A stretch of 63,209 bases of DNA. Source: Hyphochytrium catenoides (Eukaryota; Protista; Hyphochytriomycota). Position 1 is the stretch's first letter. Each line of letters starts with the position of its first letter. The stretch spans positions 1 to 63,209 of the forward strand of contig FLMG01000334.1 of the NCBI GenBank assembly GCA_900088475.1, given 5' to 3'. The notes under the pieces were generated by a model. The model saw nothing but the letters and a program-made list of their open reading frames with translations, searched no databases and was not told where the DNA came from. Below, one piece after another: positions 51,001-63,209 of this stretch. The position numbers and the translations under genes are program-made.

Positions 51001-52746
51001 CATCATCATCATCAACTCCATCGTCGTCCTGTTCTTCCTCCTTGGGCTCCTCTTCTTCGTAATCTTCTCCCATCGCATCCCTTTCCACAGGAGCAATCAG
51101 CACTCCCCTACCAGCAGCAGGCTCTCCACTTTGCTTGTCCAACCGCCTAATATCCCTTACAGTCCTGTTAGGATGCTCCACATTGGTCTGCTGTAAGGAA
51201 GGAAAGTCTACGAGGTATGTCCATTCTCCGCTCTTCACGTATCGCAGTTCGAGCCAAGGGTTGTCAAGGTATAGGGCATACATATCTTCCACATAATTTG
51301 ACGCATCCTCATCGTAGTTATGCCAGCCAGGCTCTTTGCCATCTTGAGGGTAGGAGAGGTAATACTGCCAGATATACCGCGAGGAGGAGTCCGTGCTAAG
51401 ACGTGCGAACCGAGAATGGTGACGGAATGTGTTAGATATGGGAGCCGTGAAGCTAGAAATAAGGTGAAAGCACGGGTAACCAAGAGAAAGCGGAAGATAT
51501 TAAGGTCCTACAAAAGAACTTGGCGGAGGAGTAGAGTATAAATGCTCACTTACTTATTCCCAGCTTGCTTCACAAGGTGGTACTTGTTTGCTTTCTGGGT
51601 AAATGCCTCACCATCCTTGTTCCATACATTTCCAGTCTTCTCCTTGAACTTCGCCAAGAAAATCTTCACCGCCTCCTCCGCCGACGCAAGAGGACCTGTC
51701 AGCTTCTGCGGCCCCACCGTCCCTAAGGGTCATAGAGTTAGATAGGTGGTTAGCTCACTTCTTTCGTTGCCGGTTTGCTTGTCAGTATCTTGGCCACGAA
51801 GGGTTCTGGCCACGAAGGGTTCTCTTTCTTTTACACTCTTTCTTCTACTCCTCTCGCAAGATGTTATGTTGGGCCCTAGGTACCGTTGCTACCGCATGAT
51901 GGCTCATATGTCTCTTCGCACCGCGAGACTACTAACTGATCATTTTTAATTCCTTCCTCCGCACCTGTTCGTCCCCATCGCTGGAAAGCCCAGAACTGGT
52001 CCCCGTCATCGTTCACAATCACTTGATTTATATAGTATTTGTCCATGTTCTTGGACCTGAACCACAAACAAGCATTAGACCCAAATAAAACAAAAGACCA
52101 AGATGTGGAGACATAGAGGGTTCAATTGAAAGTTAGCTAGCTCCACAGAGGAGAGAGATAATCTCGGAAGACGAAGGCAAATTAAAAGATGTGGGGGAAA
52201 AGCCCTTTCTTGCCTGTCTTGCTGTACCAGCAATGCGTGATAACAGCCGTTCTCCTCATCTTCGTAGAGTTTGACAGCACCAGGAAGGTGCGCGTTGGGG
52301 TCCACACATATTCCTCCACTAACCGCTTTAGCCCTGCTGGTCGTAGCTCCGGCGCAGCCGCCCACAGGTGGGCTTTGCTGAGAACCACTAGAGTCGTTGC
52401 CGTCAGCCTTCGAGAGAAGATAATCAGCTGGATCTACCAGCTTGCCTTCCGTTTTACATGCTTCTATGTAGTTCTCTGAAACTATGGGCACACCTAGCTG
52501 CTCAGCCTTGTTTACTTTGGCCGTCCTCCCCGTGTATTCCGCTTCAGAGCAGAGGAGATGCGTCACCGCCTTAGTAAAAGACGATGCCACGCTGCCGCCT
52601 AGGAGGTTGATTTGCTTCGTAATGTTGGCGCGCGTGTCAGAGAGAGTGCCGGTGATGGCGAAAGTTGCCCCTTCTAGAGGAGGAGGAGAATTAGCAGCCT
52701 TCGACTGACGCCTTCCGCCGCCTGATGCTTTCCTTTTAGGTGGCAT
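48067..52746 (-). CDS. PARP: Poly(ADP-ribose) polymerase: BRCT-WGR-WWE-WGR-PARP regulatory-PARP catalytic
   Basis: BRCT (FAITGTLS...GGSVASSFTKAVTHLL); WGR1 (NMDKYYINQ...RWGRTG...FKEKTGNVW); WWE (YIWQYY...GWHNYDEDASNYVE...YLVDFPSLQQTN...RDIRR); WGR2 (NANNNKFYLMQ...RWGRVG...FSDKTGNKW); regulatory domain (LPLGKLS...FYTYIPHNFG); catalytic H-Y-E triad (LWHGSR, GLYFADM, HNEYIVY). Confidence 0.95.
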
Positions 52747-54441
52747 CACGGCGGATGATGATGAGAACCAGAGAATCGGGAGAGGACTTTGCGTGGGCGA
52801 GGTAAGGGAGGTAAGAAGGTAAAAACGACAGAGGACACAAATACGATGCAGCTAGTTGAGAAAAAGCTCTGCTCTTCCTGAAGAAAATTGGCAAATGAGC
52901 CAATGGGCTCTGGTCGTCGTCTCTCATCAATGTCTGACCTAGCGGTCTAACAGCAGCAGCAGGTTGTCCAGGCAGCAGGAGGTAGGCAGAGGGGAGATGC
53001 AGCAGGCAACGCTGCAGGCAGCGAAGGAAGATCTAGCACGGTGAAAGAAGGCAACAGCATTATAAACGGCATCACTGTCTAGCGAGGAGGATCGTGGGGA
53101 TATCCAAAAGAGCCGGTGCTCGCTCTCTTTAGTAATGATATCCATGGCTTCGTTCTTCACAGATAACGTGTGTCACAATCATGATGCGCTTTTTGGCAAA
53201 GAGAGACAGAGCAAGAACCTGGAAGACAGATTTATGTGAGAGACATGGTTGCCCCCGTATTCGTAGAGCTTCTGGAAAACAGAGAGGAAGAGAGACAGAA
53301 CTGAGAGAAAAGAAGTGTGGTCAAGCAGTCAGTCAACCAATGATATCCCACCCACTCATGAAATACGGATTAGTGTATATGTAGCTAGGAATATAAGGAT
53401 CCCGTCCCATCCAGCCCCGAGTGATAATCACTCCTCCTCTGTAACGGTCAGCCTCCTACTGTAGCAAAGCTTGAGACAATCACTCTCAAAGGACCTTCAC
53501 TCTCTCGTGTAATGTGTGGCATGTATGGATGATAGACCTTTGAGTCTTCAATCATGTTTCCCTCCTCGTCCTCTTCGCTTTTGTTTCCCTTCTTTCTTTG
53601 CATCATCAACAGCAGCATCATGCGACCTGAGCGTTACCTGCCTTCTATCTTCAATCGTCTATCGTTCGTACCCTATTATAGCGACCGACAGGAGGGCGAT
53701 CGCAGCAGAAAAAAGAATATCACTCTCCTCCTCTGTCAAGCCAGTCGTCAAGCAGAAGTTCAATCCAGTGTAGCACCCTACTATCTACTAGTACTACTGC
53801 GCATCGTCGCCATAAGCAGCAGAGTCTCCTGGTCTCCACCCTCATGATGGTGGTGATGTGTGCTTGTTCCATCTCTGTCGTCAGTATTTTTTGTCACTCT
53901 GCCCGACCCCATACAAGTAGTTTTTCTTTGGAACTAGGTCCCATCATCCTCAGTCAGAGGGAAGGGTTTCTTGGGCATCACTACATAGCTCTGTCATCAT
54001 CGGCTATGTGGTGGCTATGTAATACACAATTAAGCTTGTTGATCACGAGGCCTTGTTGTATGGTTCAAGGCAAGGCGTGAAGACAAAAATGTTTAACAAA
54101 AGAGGTGGTGGTTCTATGAGTTGTTGTTGGATCTACGAGGAGGCGATCAAGGCAAAATCGCCCTCGGCACCACCTGTTACGCATCATCTTCAACTTTCCG
54201 CTACCGACACAAAGCCACCTCGGGACCTTTGAATTGTCAGTATTACGCTTACAGAGCGAAAGTGGTTGTTGCAGCGCGACGCTGCTAAGCGGTTGCAAGA
54301 ACAAGAGTCTGCTGAAGACAAAAACTCTTAACTAGAAGATTAGGTTGCTACTTCAGTGAGGAAGAACAAGAGCTTGTAGACGATCCTATAGGCTATAGAG
54401 GAGCAGGACAAACAGGAAGTATTATAAGAATAAAAGGGATT

Positions 54442-54491
54442 AATACCACGGCCCAGCAAGCACTGCACTAAATACCACGGCCCAGCAAGCA
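54442..54491. repeat. Exact 21-bp direct repeat (AATACCACGGCCCAGCAAGCA x2, period 29)
   Basis: Copies at 54442-54462 and 54471-54491. Confidence 0.9.
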
Positions 54492-55834
54492 GTTTACGAA
54501 GAAAAGTGCGCTGATGCTATTATTGGAAGGTTGACTAGACGTCTTCCATTGCCCCGTCATATCATGAGAGAAAGAGATCGATGTCCAGCTAAATGACGAT
54601 CGATGGACAAAAGTGAATGATGCGCGGTGGGGGTTGATGATCACCTATTCATTAGCTGTCGGGAAATAGAAGAAGCAGCGCAGCACTCGCCTACGATGAG
54701 GTGGAAGAACGACGAATGAAGGGACATACTAGCTCCTCCTCCTCTTCTTTTATAGTAGTTCAATAATAATAACCTGGTAGCAGTAGGAGTAGATAGATAT
54801 AATTCTAATAGGAGGAAGAAGGGCAGCATGCAGCAGGTTGCGGCTATTAATTAAGCGAGGAAAAGCGACAGAAGAGGAATATGGACGCGAAGCTACGATT
54901 AGCCGTATAATAAAGCAGGAAAAGAAGGGCTTCTGCCCATACCTAGTCGTACACCTGAGTGCATCTGATTCACTAATCATAATAGCAGCCGCAGCCCAAG
55001 AGGAACAAAGAGGGTAGAATGTGCAGCGAGTGTACATCTCTTAGTCTCGAACGATAGGTTACAGGTACTACAGGGATCGAACGGCTCTTTTTCGGCTGAA
55101 TAAAACCTGGAGGTCGCCCTCCATAGAATGTGAGGAACAAATTCGAAGCATAAGAAAATTCACAAAAGGACATAAGAGAAGACATCATGACCACATCAAG
55201 TACCAGCTAATCACCGGAATATTCTTTTGGAAAGCGGAGTTTATCTTGTTATCCATAGGAAACCTCCAAAACAGGATAAATAAAGGAGTACTTTCATTCT
55301 CCATACCGCAATAAATCCCTAAAGGGCTCACAAAATACAGCCTAGCACTATGTCGGGGTGTTTGCTAATTAGCCCGAATAAGGGTTAGAAAGGGCTGGTT
55401 CTGAAGATGCCCCTTCGGTCGGCTGCACTTCCTTTCCTCTTGCCGCTGCTCCTGCTGCCGCTGCTCCTGCTGCCGCTTCTGGGGACCCTTAGATCGCGCC
55501 TGTCTCTGTGAGTTATAAGGCGGTCTCATCGCCCTCGAACAGCAGAGCAGACGCTGAAAGCTGCTGCTGTTTGAGTGCCGGCCGGCCGTCTCCGTTGAAC
55601 TGCGCAGTTGGGCGATGATCGGGAAAGCATCACATCTCCAAGCGTACCATTGATCCCTAACGTACCTGCAGCGAAAAGAGCTCTGCTCCTTTTGAAGAGT
55701 ATCCCCGACAGCGGGCATCTGGTGGAGGACAGCTGTAGAGACCCGACCTCTTGTTGCTCCACTGCAAAGGTAGGCCAGTCGGGGTGTTATTGGCAGTCTT
55801 CGGCGTTGCCGTCTGGTGGTAGAGTCTTGTCGTG

Positions 55835-62389
<6,555 letters not shown>

Positions 62390-62924
62390 GCAAAGGGGTG
62401 TTCGCATCTGCCTCAGGACCACATATCGCTTTAACTACGGGTTAAGACAAGGAGATTAATTTATGCAGCGTCTTTGCCTCAGACAGGCTGAGGTTCCCGG
62501 TAATGATCTAAACTTGGTTGTCCTGCTTTGATCTCAACAATGAGCAGAAAATCGAAGGCAGCACCAGGTGCAACAGACAGACTGAGATGAAGGAGAGTGT
62601 GTCGGGTGCGGTGGCTGGGAGGACAGATGTGTCTGCAACTCAGCCGGCACCGTAGACATAAGCAGATAATAGATTAGAGCAAAGCCTGGAGCTACTTCTA
62701 TTGAGAGAGTGCGAAGCAGAGATCTAGCTCTACAACTCTGCTTGACAACCTCACCCCTTGATCCTCATGTTCCGCTGAGCCCCTGCTGCTCTCTCGCCCG
62801 CAAGGCTAGGATATGGACCTGACAGCCTTCATCAATAGAAGGGCCGTTACCGGCTAGAATTGTAACGGCGTCTCCTGGGGGTTGAGTGATCGGGTTTAGG
62901 TCCTTTCAGTGATGGCATCTGGCC

Positions 62925-62925
62925 C

Positions 62926-62976
<51 letters not shown>

Positions 62977-62993
62977 GTCGCTCTCTCTCTCTG

Positions 62994-63046
<53 letters not shown>

Positions 63047-63110
63047 CTCTGTCTCTCTCTCTGTCTCTCTCTCTTTCTCTCTCTCTCTCTGCCTCTCTCT
63101 CTCTCTTCTC
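62925..63110. repeat. (CT)n microsatellite
   Basis: Directly visible. Confidence 0.9.
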
Positions 63111-63209
63111 ATTCGCTTTCTTCGCTGGCTCTTCGCTCCCGCTTCCTCTCCAGGTTCCTGCGCCATGACTTGGATCACATCCGTCGATTGTCCTATTATT
63201 GGGCCTTCC

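Noticed and set aside
39269-52746. CAF-1 p150, tRNA and PARP adjacency as a functional DNA-repair cluster
   Set aside because: Two neighbouring chromatin genes in a compact eukaryotic genome are expected by chance, and no synteny evidence is available here.
54442-54491. CRISPR-like repeat
   Set aside because: Only two copies with an 8-nt spacer, eukaryotic context and no cas genes.
62906-63178. 90-aa ER-repeat ORF at the window end
   Set aside because: Mostly microsatellite translation. It could be the tail of a gene outside the window, but this cannot be supported.

Overview
Gene-dense, intron-rich eukaryotic nuclear DNA using the standard code; TAA, TAG and TGA all end reconstructed genes. 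Gene content and domain styles suggest a flagellated SAR/stramenopile-like protist (inference, not certain). Reading splice junctions by eye gives these genes: a large Zn-finger/FN3/TPR/WD40/LysM protein, a 109-aa single-pass membrane protein, a formin with three CCDC53-like repeats, an intronless plant-type CCR4, a BolA-like/IQ-repeat protein, a PDZ-like protein, RPL23 (uL14), an ERD2-related receptor, TPGS2, CAF-1 p150 with a long C-terminal extension, tRNA-Trp(CCA), a BRCT-WGR-WWE-WGR PARP and an ABCC transporter. I see no CRISPR array, transposon or viral element, and no clear multi-gene novel system. The best leads are single-gene oddities: the BolA-IQ fusion, the extended CAF-1 p150, the PARP architecture with a GC-AG intron, an atypical tRNA-Trp beside an orphan B-box/tRNA-like element, and a splice-phase conflict in TPGS2. 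Exon boundaries are manual and approximate, and no database searches were run.
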